Source of the DNA: an uncultured Parvibacter sp.
GTDB taxonomy: Bacteria > Actinomycetota > Coriobacteriia > Coriobacteriales > Eggerthellaceae
Length of the DNA: 56,114 nucleotides
Direction of reading: 5' to 3'
Assembly: GCA_947649875.1 (NCBI GenBank)
Contig: CANSTH010000001.1
Span: 1 to 56,114 of the forward strand
Part shown: positions 19,850 through 29,700 of the stretch, one piece after another
Numbering within the stretch: the stretch's first letter is position 1
Layout of the letters: each line of letters starts with the position of its first letter
Translations under genes and position numbers: made by a program
Notes under the pieces: model-generated
Databases searched by the model: none
Seen by the model: the letters and a program-made list of their open reading frames with translations, nothing else
What the model was told of the DNA's origin: nothing

Positions 19850-20023
19850 GACTTCCTCCTCACTCAAGCCTATGGGGAAAGCCTAACCATTTTTCATCCC
19901 TGTGGCAGGTTCCTTAACGGCATTGTTGATTTGATTGGAGGTGCGGCGTCCGGCCGGGGTTGTTTTATACTATCGCGAAACCCTTTTGCCCCGACGGGGC
20001 CCAACATTTAGGAGCTTTTACGT

Positions 20024-22342
20024 ATGAGTTTGAAAACTGGCGCGGCAAAAGCAACGAGTGCAATGCTTACCTGGGGCCTTCGCCATGTTGCCCACCGGCC
20101 GGCGGCAAATTTGCCCGGTGATGTGGCTTTGAAGATAGATCCGGCCATTGTGGCAAACTTGCGCGGCAAGGTAACCGAGGCCTCGGTGATGGTGGTGGGC
20201 ACCAACGGCAAGACCAGCGTGTCCAACCTGCTAGCGGATGCGCTGCAGCTGGCGGGGAAGTCGGTGATCTGCAATCGCACGGGGGCGAACTTGGCCTCGG
20301 GCATTGCCACGGCGCTGCTGCAGCAGCCCACAAGCCAGTGGGGCGTGTTCGAGTGCGATGAGCTGTGGCTAGCGGAGATGCTGCCCCAGACGAAGGCCAA
20401 CTACGTGCTACTGCTGAACCTGTTCCGCGACCAACTGGATAGGTGCGGCGAGATAAGCCGCATCCAAGACTCCATCATCGGCGCGCTGGCGGCGTCGCCA
20501 GAGACGGTGCTGGTGTACAACGGCGATGATCCGTTGTGCGCGCGCATTGCTGCCGAAGCCCCCAACCGATCGGTTGCCTATGGGGTGCAGGGAAGCATGG
20601 GGCTGGCGCAAAACACTGTGGCCGATGCCCAGATGTGCCAGAACTGCGGCCAGATGGTGCGCTATCGCTATCGTCAGTACGGCCAGTTGGGGGATTACTA
20701 CTGCGAAGCCTGCGGGTTTGGCCGCCCGGCGCTGGATTTCACGGCGCGCGATGTGGCTTTTTCTGTCCAGGGGGCATCCTTCGAGGTGTGTCGCGAAAAT
20801 GCTGCCGACGATGGCGCTCCTGCCTGCCTGTCCCTGCGCGCCTCGGCCGGCACCCCCTACCTGGTGTACAACTATCTGGCCATCTTCGCTCTGCTTTCCC
20901 GGGCAGGAGTGGCAACGGATCGGTTGCAGCAGGCCATCGATCAATTCAGTCCCGGCAACGGGCGTTTGCAGTCGTACCGTCTGCAGGGGCGGCCGGTGCT
21001 GCTCAACTTGGCGAAGAACCCCACTGGCTTCAACCAGAATCTCAAGATAATCGAGCAAGATAAGGGCCCGAAGGCGGTGGCCTTTTTCATCAACGATCAG
21101 ATTGTGGACGGTCGCGACATCTCGTGGATATGGGATATCGACTTCGAAGAACTGGCTGCTTGTCCGGGCACGGTGGTGTTCGCCGGAGGTTCCCGCAAAA
21201 ACGACTTGCAGGTGCGGCTGAAGTACGCCGGCCTGCCGGCGCGACTGGTGGACGGTATCGAGGAGGTGTTCGCGCAGATCGATGCTGATGGGCAGCTTCC
21301 GCCCGATGCCGGTGTGTATGCCATCGCCAACTACACGGCGCTGCCAGTGGTGCACGATGCGCTGGATGCCATGGCGGCGAAGGAGTCCGCAGCGGACGTG
21401 GCGGAAGTGTCTTCAGAAGCGGCCGGCGGGGAAGGGGGGCTCCCCGGCGCGGGCGGCGGCGCCTGCGGCGAAAAAGCTGCGGCGCAAGGAAGCGGAACGG
21501 ATGACTCCTCTGGAGCGGAGGTCGTTGCGGTAGAGCCTTCTGGTCGGGCGTCGCAATCTGGGGAAGATGTAGTCTCGTCCGGCGCCGAACAGCCTCCGGT
21601 GGTCATTGCCCATCTGTTCCCTGACTTGCTGAACCTGTATGGCGACGGCGGCAATGTGCGCATACTGCAGCAGCGGCTAGCTTGGCGCGGCATCCCCGCC
21701 CAAGTGGTGCGGGTGGAGCATGGGCAATCGGTGGATTTGTCGCAGGTGGACCTGGTGTTCATGGGGGGCGGCCCCGACCGCGAGCAGAAGCTGGCCAGCG
21801 AAGAGCTGCTGGCCATGCGCGACCAGCTGGCTGCCTACGTGGAGGAGGACGGCCCCCTGCTGGCTATTTGCGGCGGCTACCAGATTCTGGGGCATCGCTG
21901 GTTGTGGGGCGATGAGCTGGTGGAAGGGCTTTCCATCGTGGATCTGGAAACCCGCCGTCCCGGCACTTCGGCGGACCGCCTGGTGGATAACCTGGTGCTA
22001 CGCTCGCCGCTGGCTGATGTTCCGGTGGTGGGGTACGAGAACCACGCTGGGCGCACGTACCTGGGCGAGGGAGTGCAGCCTTTCGGCGAGGTAATTTCCG
22101 AGGCCGGACATGGCAACAACGAGCAAGACATGGCCGATGGCGTTTTGTACCGCAACGTGGTGGGCACCTATTCCCACGGCCCGGTGCTCTCCAAGAACCC
22201 TGAGGTGGCCGATTGGCTGTTGCAGCGGGCCCTGGAGCGCCGCCAGCAGCGTGCCGGCGTGGTTGCCGCGCAGCTTGCCCCTCTGGATGACAGCGAAGAG
22301 CTGCAAGCTAACGCCGTGATGCGCGAGCGCCTGGGTTTATAG
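20024..22342 (+). CDS. Fused MurT (Mur ligase + DUF1727) and GatD glutaminase: lipid II isoglutaminyl synthase
   Basis: GTNGKTS, FECDE, NLFRDQLDR, Cys4 (CQNC..CEAC), AKNPTG, DGRDISWIWD; low-complexity linker; then GatD motifs LNLYGDGGN, AICGGYQ, GYENHAGRT, TYSHGP. Confidence 0.92.
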   Translation: MSLKTGAAKATSAMLTWGLRHVAHRPAANLPGDVALKIDPAIVANLRGKVTEASVMVVGTNGKTSVSNLLADALQLAGKSVICNRTGANLASGIATALLQQPTSQWGVFECDELWLAEMLPQTKANYVLLLNLFRDQLDRCGEISRIQDSIIGALAASPETVLVYNGDDPLCARIAAEAPNRSVAYGVQGSMGLAQNTVADAQMCQNCGQMVRYRYRQYGQLGDYYCEACGFGRPALDFTARDVAFSVQGASFEVCRENAADDGAPACLSLRASAGTPYLVYNYLAIFALLSRAGVATDRLQQAIDQFSPGNGRLQSYRLQGRPVLLNLAKNPTGFNQNLKIIEQDKGPKAVAFFINDQIVDGRDISWIWDIDFEELAACPGTVVFAGGSRKNDLQVRLKYAGLPARLVDGIEEVFAQIDADGQLPPDAGVYAIANYTALPVVHDALDAMAAKESAADVAEVSSEAAGGEGGLPGAGGGACGEKAAAQGSGTDDSSGAEVVAVEPSGRASQSGEDVVSSGAEQPPVVIAHLFPDLLNLYGDGGNVRILQQRLAWRGIPAQVVRVEHGQSVDLSQVDLVFMGGGPDREQKLASEELLAMRDQLAAYVEEDGPLLAICGGYQILGHRWLWGDELVEGLSIVDLETRRPGTSADRLVDNLVLRSPLADVPVVGYENHAGRTYLGEGVQPFGEVISEAGHGNNEQDMADGVLYRNVVGTYSHGPVLSKNPEVADWLLQRALERRQQRAGVVAAQLAPLDDSEELQANAVMRERLGL

Positions 22343-22451
22343 CCCGTAATTTCGGAGAACTTGTGGAGCGAGTGGCCGTAAGTCGTGATTTTTGCTTAAG
22401 AACGTTTCCCGTCTGTTGCCAAGGCCGGGTGGGTAAGGGAAACTACCTCGT

Positions 22452-24065
22452 ATGAATACTTCAGGCAATAACAACCCGCGCAACCGGCATGCACAAGCCG
22501 GTAACCCGCGGACTCAATCTCAGGGACGCCATGCTGCTTCATCCAATGCGGCTGGCGGCTCCAATAACCCTCGTGCCAACGCTGCGGCAGGCAGGAACAA
22601 CCCCCGTGCCAATGCTGCTTCTCAGGGCCGTGCGGCTGCTGCCGGTGGTCGTGGGCAGTCGCTTCCCGTCATGAGCCAGGGCGCCTCGCACGTTTCCAAT
22701 TCGGTGCTGGAGAATCAGGCAGTGCCTGCCACTAAGCGCAAGCGGGGAAAGGCGAAAAAGATTGCCCTTGGGGCTTTGGCGGCTGTGCTGGTGGTGGCCA
22801 TCGTCGGCATTGGCTTCGCGTTCGCATACATCAACCGTGTGCAGGGAAACATGCAAGAGGGCATCTCCCAAGGGGTGTTCAACACCTTAGATAATGTAGC
22901 GGCGGGAGAGCCTTTCTATATGCTGCTTATGGGCACCGACGGTTCGGAAGAGCGCGAACAGTCGGGCGAGTACGGCGACTCGTTCCGCACCGACTCCATG
23001 ATGCTCTTGCGCGTCGATCCGCCCCAGAAAAAAGTCACGTGTGTGTCCATCATGCGCGACACCCAGGTGGAGATCGAGGGCTACGGCAAGCAGAAGATAA
23101 ACGCTGCCCATGTGTTCGGCGGCACCGAGCTAGCCATCAAAACGGTGTCCGAGCTGGCTGGGGTGCCAATTGCCCACTTTGCAGAAATTGATTTCGACGG
23201 GTTCGAGAAGATCGTGGACGCACTGGGCGGCATCGAAGTGGACGTGCCGGTAGCTATTCACGACAGCCATGTGGACGCAGAGCTGGAGCCGGGCCTGCAA
23301 ACCCTGAACGGCGTTGAGGCGCTGAGCCTCTGTCGCTCGCGTCACACTTACGATGACCTGGGCAGCGGCGATGCCTTGCGGGCCGCCAACCAGCGCATCG
23401 TCATCGGGGCCATTGCAAAGAAGGTGCTGGCTTCCGATGTTGCCACCATGATGAGCAGCATCGAGGCCCTTTCCCAATACGTCACTACCGATATGAGCGT
23501 CACCGATATCTTGGCGTTGGCCCAATCGATGCGCGGCATGGACATGGAGACCGATTTCTACACGGCAATTTGCCCCACCGTTTCCGACTACTCCGATGGC
23601 ATCTGGTGGGAAATCCTTCAGAAGCATCAGTGGGAAAAGATGATGGAGCGCATCGACAAGGGGCTTTCTCCCACTGAGGAAGATCAGGTGGACGAGGCCA
23701 CCGGTATCGTGATTGCCAATGCCGGCGGCGGTGCGTTGGCTTCCGACACCCAGGCGCAGAACTCCGCCAATGCCCGCAAGCGCAACCACAGCGGTTCGGT
23801 GGCGGTGCGCAATGGCACCACCATAGCCGGCTTGGCCAACAAGGCCGATGCCGTGATCAGCGACTTGGGCTTCCAGGTGAACACCGGCAACGCCAACAGC
23901 AGCGATTACACCACTACGGTGGTTGTGTACAACGATCCCGATCGCAAGCAGGATGCGCAGGACATCGTGGACGAGCTGGGGGTGGGCACTATCGAGCAGA
24001 ACAAATCGAAGTACCTGTTCGATGGCGACTTGCTGGTGGTGCTGGGCACCGATTACGATAACTAG
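22452..24065 (+). CDS. LCP (LytR-CpsA-Psr) cell-wall glycopolymer transferase with C-terminal LytR_C domain
   Basis: Basic stretch plus TM; LLMGTD, RTDSMML, SIMRDT, KINAA, R.R....D..R..NQ; C-terminal VAVRNGT.IAGLA...VVLGTD. Confidence 0.92.
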   Translation: MNTSGNNNPRNRHAQAGNPRTQSQGRHAASSNAAGGSNNPRANAAAGRNNPRANAASQGRAAAAGGRGQSLPVMSQGASHVSNSVLENQAVPATKRKRGKAKKIALGALAAVLVVAIVGIGFAFAYINRVQGNMQEGISQGVFNTLDNVAAGEPFYMLLMGTDGSEEREQSGEYGDSFRTDSMMLLRVDPPQKKVTCVSIMRDTQVEIEGYGKQKINAAHVFGGTELAIKTVSELAGVPIAHFAEIDFDGFEKIVDALGGIEVDVPVAIHDSHVDAELEPGLQTLNGVEALSLCRSRHTYDDLGSGDALRAANQRIVIGAIAKKVLASDVATMMSSIEALSQYVTTDMSVTDILALAQSMRGMDMETDFYTAICPTVSDYSDGIWWEILQKHQWEKMMERIDKGLSPTEEDQVDEATGIVIANAGGGALASDTQAQNSANARKRNHSGSVAVRNGTTIAGLANKADAVISDLGFQVNTGNANSSDYTTTVVVYNDPDRKQDAQDIVDELGVGTIEQNKSKYLFDGDLLVVLGTDYDN

Positions 24066-24084
24066 CAGTAATAGCGAACGCTTC

Positions 24085-24111
24085 AAGGGCCGGCATTGTC
24101 GGCCCTTTTTT
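24085..24111 (+). terminator. Rho-independent terminator of the LCP gene
   Basis: AAGGGCCGGC-ATT-GTCGGCCCTT followed by a T run. Confidence 0.8.
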
Positions 24112-24130
24112 AGTGGTTTTGGTTCGTGTC

Positions 24131-24282
24131 CCTTCCGGAGGTGGGCCGATTCGCCAGGCCTGCGCTCGACGCTCCGCTAGTCGTAGCCGAACTCGCCCTG
24201 CGGGCGAGTGGGTCTCCTCGTCGCTCCGCTTGGCCGGACCTCGCTCCGACCTGCCGAACCGGCCCATCCAGGGTGTATTTGC
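24131..24282 (-). repeat. Dispersed ~150-nt structured repeat, copy B
   Basis: Reverse complement aligns end to end with copies A and C. Confidence 0.9.
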
Positions 24283-24309
24283 AGTTGGTCAACCGGAGTA
24301 ACGTCTTGC

Positions 24310-24425
24310 GGGGAAAGGGCGGGGGCGGTCCAACCGAGCGAGTTCCGCACGACGAAAACGCGCCAGTGGCGCGTTTTCCAAAGCAGGACTGTTTGAGCGA
24401 ATTGGATTGCCCCCGCCCTTTCCCC
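24310..24425. repeat. 116-nt element with 24-nt terminal inverted repeats and a central hairpin
   Basis: GGGGAAAGGGCGGGGGCGGTCCAA / TTGGATTGCCCCCGCCCTTTCCCC (22 Watson-Crick + 2 G-T pairs); central GAAAACGCGCCA-G-TGGCGCGTTTTC at 24354-24378. Confidence 0.7.
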
Positions 24426-24444
24426 TGCTCCAAAACCTATGCGT

Positions 24445-25062
24445 TTATGAAACCACTGGGTTGGGGGAGCCGCCGAAGGTGACGGGGGCTTCGAAGTACT
24501 CTGCATCCAGCGAGGGAATCATCTCGCCCACTGCTCTTTCCGGCGCAACATCGCGCTCAGCCCCGGCGAAGTTCAGCACAGCTGCAGTGACCGCTTGCCA
24601 GGGGCTTTCGCTCAACTGCAGCTCCCGGTCGATTTTGCGGATGGGCACTGCGGTGCTGTCAAGCCACAGCTGGGCATCGTCCGGTTCGAGGCCCGAAAGA
24701 AATTCGAGAAACACCGGCAGATGATCCGGCAGCTCTGTGGTGGCCAGTTCCAGCCCGTGCTCTTTGTAGAGTCGGTTCAGCTCTACCATCACCTGGCCCC
24801 TGTCCCGAGAATCCCCCTGCGTGTGCTCGAAGAGGTTCAGGCTGGCGTGCTTGCCGATGTCGAACGTTGACACGTAGGCCGATTGCAATGGCGTCAATGG
24901 TGTAGTTTGGGCCCACTGGGTGAATTCTCGCAAGTGTTCCTTCGACGCTTCGTTTAGCTTGACGCTCTTCTCCAGCGTTGCCTGTATTTCCGGAATGCTC
25001 TCCAGGAAATCGTCATCTGGGTACAGCAGGAGGCAGGCGAGAGCTTTCAGTTCCCAGATCAT
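24445..25062 (-). CDS. narJ: Nitrate reductase Mo-cofactor assembly chaperone
   Basis: LLLYP, YVSTFD...SLNLFEH..GDSRDRGQ.MV.L...Y, ELPDHLPVFLEFL; start placed at ATG 25062; adjacent to narKGHI. Confidence 0.92.
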   Translation of the reverse strand: MIWELKALACLLLYPDDDFLESIPEIQATLEKSVKLNEASKEHLREFTQWAQTTPLTPLQSAYVSTFDIGKHASLNLFEHTQGDSRDRGQVMVELNRLYKEHGLELATTELPDHLPVFLEFLSGLEPDDAQLWLDSTAVPIRKIDRELQLSESPWQAVTAAVLNFAGAERDVAPERAVGEMIPSLDAEYFEAPVTFGGSPNPVVS

Positions 25063-25322
25063 CGTAAGCGGTCCCTTCTGGATGGCGGGCAGTGGCGCCC
25101 GTACGGGTTGAGGCATTCGACTCATTATAGGGAACTGAAAGGACGGCCGTTGCTGGGCAAGGGCATCCGTCAAGAAATGGAAAAAACAACGGGCGGTGTT
25201 GTCTATTGGTTACTAATAGGACGCCCACTTGAAAATGCTGTTAGCTTTGGGTATGGGGTATGCTCCAAAACAAGGGAAGCACTTTTCCCACCGTCAATTA
25301 ATCCGAGGGTGAAGGCAGAGCC

Positions 25323-26615
25323 ATGAAAGCTGACTTAAAGGAATGGAACCCTGAAAATCCGAAAACATGGGACAAACGATTGGCCTGGACTACGGTCTGG
25401 ATATCCACCTTCTCGCTTACCTTTGGATTCTGTGCCTGGTATTTGGTGCCCTCGCTGGCACCGCACCTGAATGCCGTTGGTTTCCGCCTCGACTCGAGCC
25501 AGCTCTACTGGCTTGTGGCCATGGTGGGTTTGTCGGCCGGAACGTTGCGCATCGTGTGGACCTTCCTTCCTCCCATCATGGGCACGCGCAAATTGGTCTT
25601 CATGTCCACTGTGCTGCTGCTCATTCCGTTGGGTTGCTGGATATATGCGGTCACTAACCCGAATCTTCCGTTCGAAGTGCTCCTGCTGTTCTCTTTCCTT
25701 GCTGGTATCGGCGGCGGTACGTTCTCGGGGCTCATGGCCTCCACCAACTACTACTTCCCGAAGGCCAAGCGCGGGTTTGCCCTTGGTGTTCAGGGCGGCC
25801 TGTCCGACTTCGGCACCTCTCTCGTGCAGTTTGTTACCCCTATCGTCATCACATTCTCGGTGTTTGGGATCCTGGGCGCGCCGCAGCATGAGGTGGTAAA
25901 CGGGCACACTGCCGATGTGTGGCTGCAAAACGCCGGCTGGGTGTGGGTGCCCCTGGTGATCATCCTCTCCATACTTGCCATCGTGATGCTTCGCTCCGTT
26001 CCGGTTCAATCGAACTTCAAAACGCAGCTCTCCATTTTCAAGAGCAAGCATACGTGGTTCATGACGCTGTTCTACTACGGAACCTTCGCCACGTTTGCCG
26101 GACTGGGGGCTCATTTCTCGTTGATGGGCGATACGACGTTTGCCCACATTGAGGGCGCTCCCTCGGCGATAGCCTTCGCCTGGCTGGGCCCTGCCATCGG
26201 CGCTCTGGCCCGTGTTGGGGCCGGCAAGGTGTCGGACAAGATTCGCGGCGGCCGCGTGACCACCATTATGGCCGCTGCCACCATTGTGGGGCTGGTTTTC
26301 CTGATTGTGTACAAGCCCAGCTCCGTTGCCGGTTGCTGGATTTGGATGATTGCCATGTTCTGGGTGTTCTTCTGGACCGGCTGTGGCAATGCTTCCACCA
26401 CGCAGCAGATGGCAGTGCTGTTCCCGCCGGTTCAGGGCGGTGCGGTGGTGGGCTGGACGTCGGCCATCGGCGCCTATGGCCCGTTCACCATCGGTGTGCT
26501 TCTGGCCTCCACAAACTCTACGGTGATGTTCGTTGTGTCCGCTGTCATATTCGCGGCCATCTTGGGCCTCAACATCTTTTTCTATGACAGGAAGGACGCG
26601 CCAAACCGCTGCTAG
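25323..26615 (+). CDS. narK: NarK-family nitrate/nitrite MFS transporter
   Basis: WNPE N-terminus; ~12 TM; conserved Arg in LRIVW and ALARV; nitrate-signature-like GIGGGTFSG..STNYYFP and GCGNAST; first gene of the nar operon. Confidence 0.9.
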   Translation: MKADLKEWNPENPKTWDKRLAWTTVWISTFSLTFGFCAWYLVPSLAPHLNAVGFRLDSSQLYWLVAMVGLSAGTLRIVWTFLPPIMGTRKLVFMSTVLLLIPLGCWIYAVTNPNLPFEVLLLFSFLAGIGGGTFSGLMASTNYYFPKAKRGFALGVQGGLSDFGTSLVQFVTPIVITFSVFGILGAPQHEVVNGHTADVWLQNAGWVWVPLVIILSILAIVMLRSVPVQSNFKTQLSIFKSKHTWFMTLFYYGTFATFAGLGAHFSLMGDTTFAHIEGAPSAIAFAWLGPAIGALARVGAGKVSDKIRGGRVTTIMAAATIVGLVFLIVYKPSSVAGCWIWMIAMFWVFFWTGCGNASTTQQMAVLFPPVQGGAVVGWTSAIGAYGPFTIGVLLASTNSTVMFVVSAVIFAAILGLNIFFYDRKDAPNRC

Positions 26616-26712
26616 TAAGAGCAGATTCAATGGGAAGGCGCCGGTTGCCGGGGGGCGCGGCGCCGTCCGTGGGTAGTTTCGTTGCTTGCCGTCACTATGA
26701 ATAGAGGTTCAC

Positions 26713-29700
26713 ATGTCGAAGTTCTCAGAAGGCTCGCTGTTCTTCAAGAAACGCGTTGGGAGTTATGCCGATGGATGGGGCGAGGTCACTGACGCAAGCC
26801 GCAATTGGGAGGATGCCTATCGGGACCGATGGGCCCATGACAAGATTGTGCGCTCTACCCACGGCGTCAACTGCACAGGGTCGTGCAGCTGGAAGATCTA
26901 CGTGAAGGACGGCATTGTCACATGGGAAACCCAGCAGACGGACTACCCCTGCACCCCCTGTGGCGTCCCCAATCACGAGCCTCGCGGATGCCCCCGTGGC
27001 GCGGGATATTCCTGGTACCTTTACAGCGCTGCTCGCGTCAAGCATCCATTGATTCGCGCCCAGCTGCGGGATGCCTGGCAGAGGGAGCGGGCCCATCACG
27101 AGCCGCTAGAGGCCTGGAAGCGCATTGTGGAAGACCCCAAGACGCGCGAGAGCTATGTGAAGGTTCGCGGGTTGGGCGACTTGGTGCGCACCACTTGGGA
27201 CGAGGCTACAGAGCTCATAGCTGCTGCCAATTTGTACACCATCGAAAAGTACGGCCCCGACCGCATAGCGGGCTTTTCTCCCATTCCCGGTTATTCCATG
27301 GTGTCTTATGGGGCGGGCACTCGCTACCTTTCGCTTATTGGCGGGGCACCGCTTTCGTTCTACGATTGGTACTGTGACCTTCCGCCTTCGTCGCCCCAAA
27401 CCTTTGGCGAGCAAACCGACGTGCCCGAGTCGGAGGCCTGGTACTACTCCAATTACATTATCTGCTGGGGCACGAACATTTCCATGACCCGTACCCCCGA
27501 TGCCCACTTCATGATCGAGGCGCGCTACAACGGCACGAAGCTGGTGAACGTGTGTCCCGACTATTGCGAAAGCACGAAGGACGCCGACTGGTGGGTGCAC
27601 CCCAAGCAAGGCACCGACGCCGCCATGGCCCTTGCCATGAACTTCGTGATTTTCAAGGAGTTCCATCTGGACAACCCCGACCCTTACTTCACTGACTACG
27701 TGCGGCGCTTCACCGACTTGCCGATGCTGGTGCGTTTGGATCAACGCGATGGTGCGGATTCTTACGTTGCCGGTCGTACGCTGCGCGCAAGCGACCTTGC
27801 CAACTATGCAGAAGCGGGCAACAGCCAGTGGAAGACGGTGGTGTGGGACGATGCAAGCGATGGGCTGGCGGTGCCGCAGGGCTCCATCGGCTATCGCTGG
27901 GATCAGGAAGCCAACGGGGACGTGGGCAAATGGAACACCCTCGAAGTTGACGGGGAAACCGGCAAGGAAATCCATCCCCGCCTGAGCCTGATCGATTCAT
28001 CAGATGCGGTGGTGACGCTGGACGTGCCCTATTTTGGGGACGAGAGCATTCCGCTGTTCCAGGGCAACGATGACGATGGACCGGTGATGCATCGTGCAGT
28101 GCCGGTGAAGAAAGTGAAGACCGTCGATGGGGAAGCTGTCGTTGCCACGGTGTTCGACCTGTTCGGAGCCTATTTGGGCATAGACCGCGGCATTGGCGGA
28201 CAAGTGGCCGCCAACGAGATGGACAACGTTCCTTTCACCCCGCGCTGGCAGGAGGCCATAACCGGCGTGCCCGCCAAGGATGTGATACGCCTTGCGCGCG
28301 AATTCGCAACGGCGGCTTCCAATACCAAGGGCCGCGCCTGCGTGCTGATGGGTGCCGGCCTCAACCAGTGGTACCAAACCGATAACGCCTATCGGGGCAT
28401 CATGAACATCCTCATGCTGTGTGGCACGGTAGGCGTCCCTGGCGGCGGTTGGTGCCATTATGTGGGCCAAGAGAAGATTCGCCCCGAGGCCGGATGGGCA
28501 GAGTTCTCGTTCGCGCAGGATTGGGTTCCCGCCTCACGCCAGATGAACGCCACCAGCTTCTTCTACGAACATGCCGACCAGTGGCGCTACGAGCGCATGC
28601 CCTTGTCCTATATGCGCTCTCCGTTGGCCGACCCCAAGCGCTACGGCGGCACTTATATCGATTGCAACCTCCAGAGCGCGAAGATGGGCTGGCTGCCCAC
28701 AGTCCCGCAGCTGGACACCAACCCCACCCGCATCGCCGAGGCGGCTAAGAAGCTGGGCAAGGAGACGGAAGAATACGTGGTGGATGCCCTGAAGAGCGGC
28801 GAGATCCACTTCAGCCTGGAAGACCTCGACGAGCCGTTCAACTGGCCCCGCAACCTGTTTGTGTGGCGCTCGAACATCCTGGGTTCCTCCGGTAAAGGGC
28901 AAGAGTACTTCCTCAAGCACCTTATGGGTGCCCAAGACGGCATTGTGGGGGAGGAGCTGTCCGCCGAAGAAGAGGAGCTCAAACCCGAGCTGGTTACGTG
29001 GAGGAAGGCCCCCATCGGCAAGCTGGATCTTCTAGTCAACTTGGATTTCCGCATCTCCACGACGGGCCTTTATTCCGACATCGTGCTGCCCACAGCCTCG
29101 TTCTACGAGAAGAACGACATCAACACCACCGACATGCACAGCTTCATCCATCCCTTTGTGAAGGCGGTTTCGTGCCCCTGGGAGGCCAAGAGCGACTGGG
29201 AGATTTTCGAACTTTTGGCCAAGCGCGTATCGCAGCTGGGGGGCGCCTACCCCGAGCGCTTCGGCGCGGTGAAAGACGTTTTGCTTACGCCGTTGGGCCA
29301 CGATACGGCATCTGAGCTGGGACAGCCGCTGGACGTGAAGCACTGGTACGAGGGCGAATGCGACCTGATTCCGGGCAAGACCGCCCCGCACATTGTGGAA
29401 GTGGAGCGCAACTACGGCGATATCCACGACATGTTCTGCTCGGTGGGCCCCCGACTGCAGGAGCACGGAGGCAATCGCGGCATAACCTGGAGCCTGACTG
29501 AGGAGCTGAAGGAACTGGCGGAGATGAACGGCACGGTCAAGCAGGGAGTGGCCCAGAACTGCCCGAAGATGGACTCCGACATAGCGGCCGCCAACATGAT
29601 CATGCGCGTGTCGCCGGAGACCAACGGCAGCTTGGCCTACCACAGCTGGGACTTCGTGGAGAAGCAGAGCGGCGTTCCCTGCAGGCAGCTTTCCGAAGAC

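Noticed and set aside
24110-24506. Short ORFs overlapping the repeat elements (also 40161-40481, 40204-40413, 47978-48208)
   Set aside because: Their mutual peptide similarity comes from the DNA repeat; starts, stops and frames are not shared between copies
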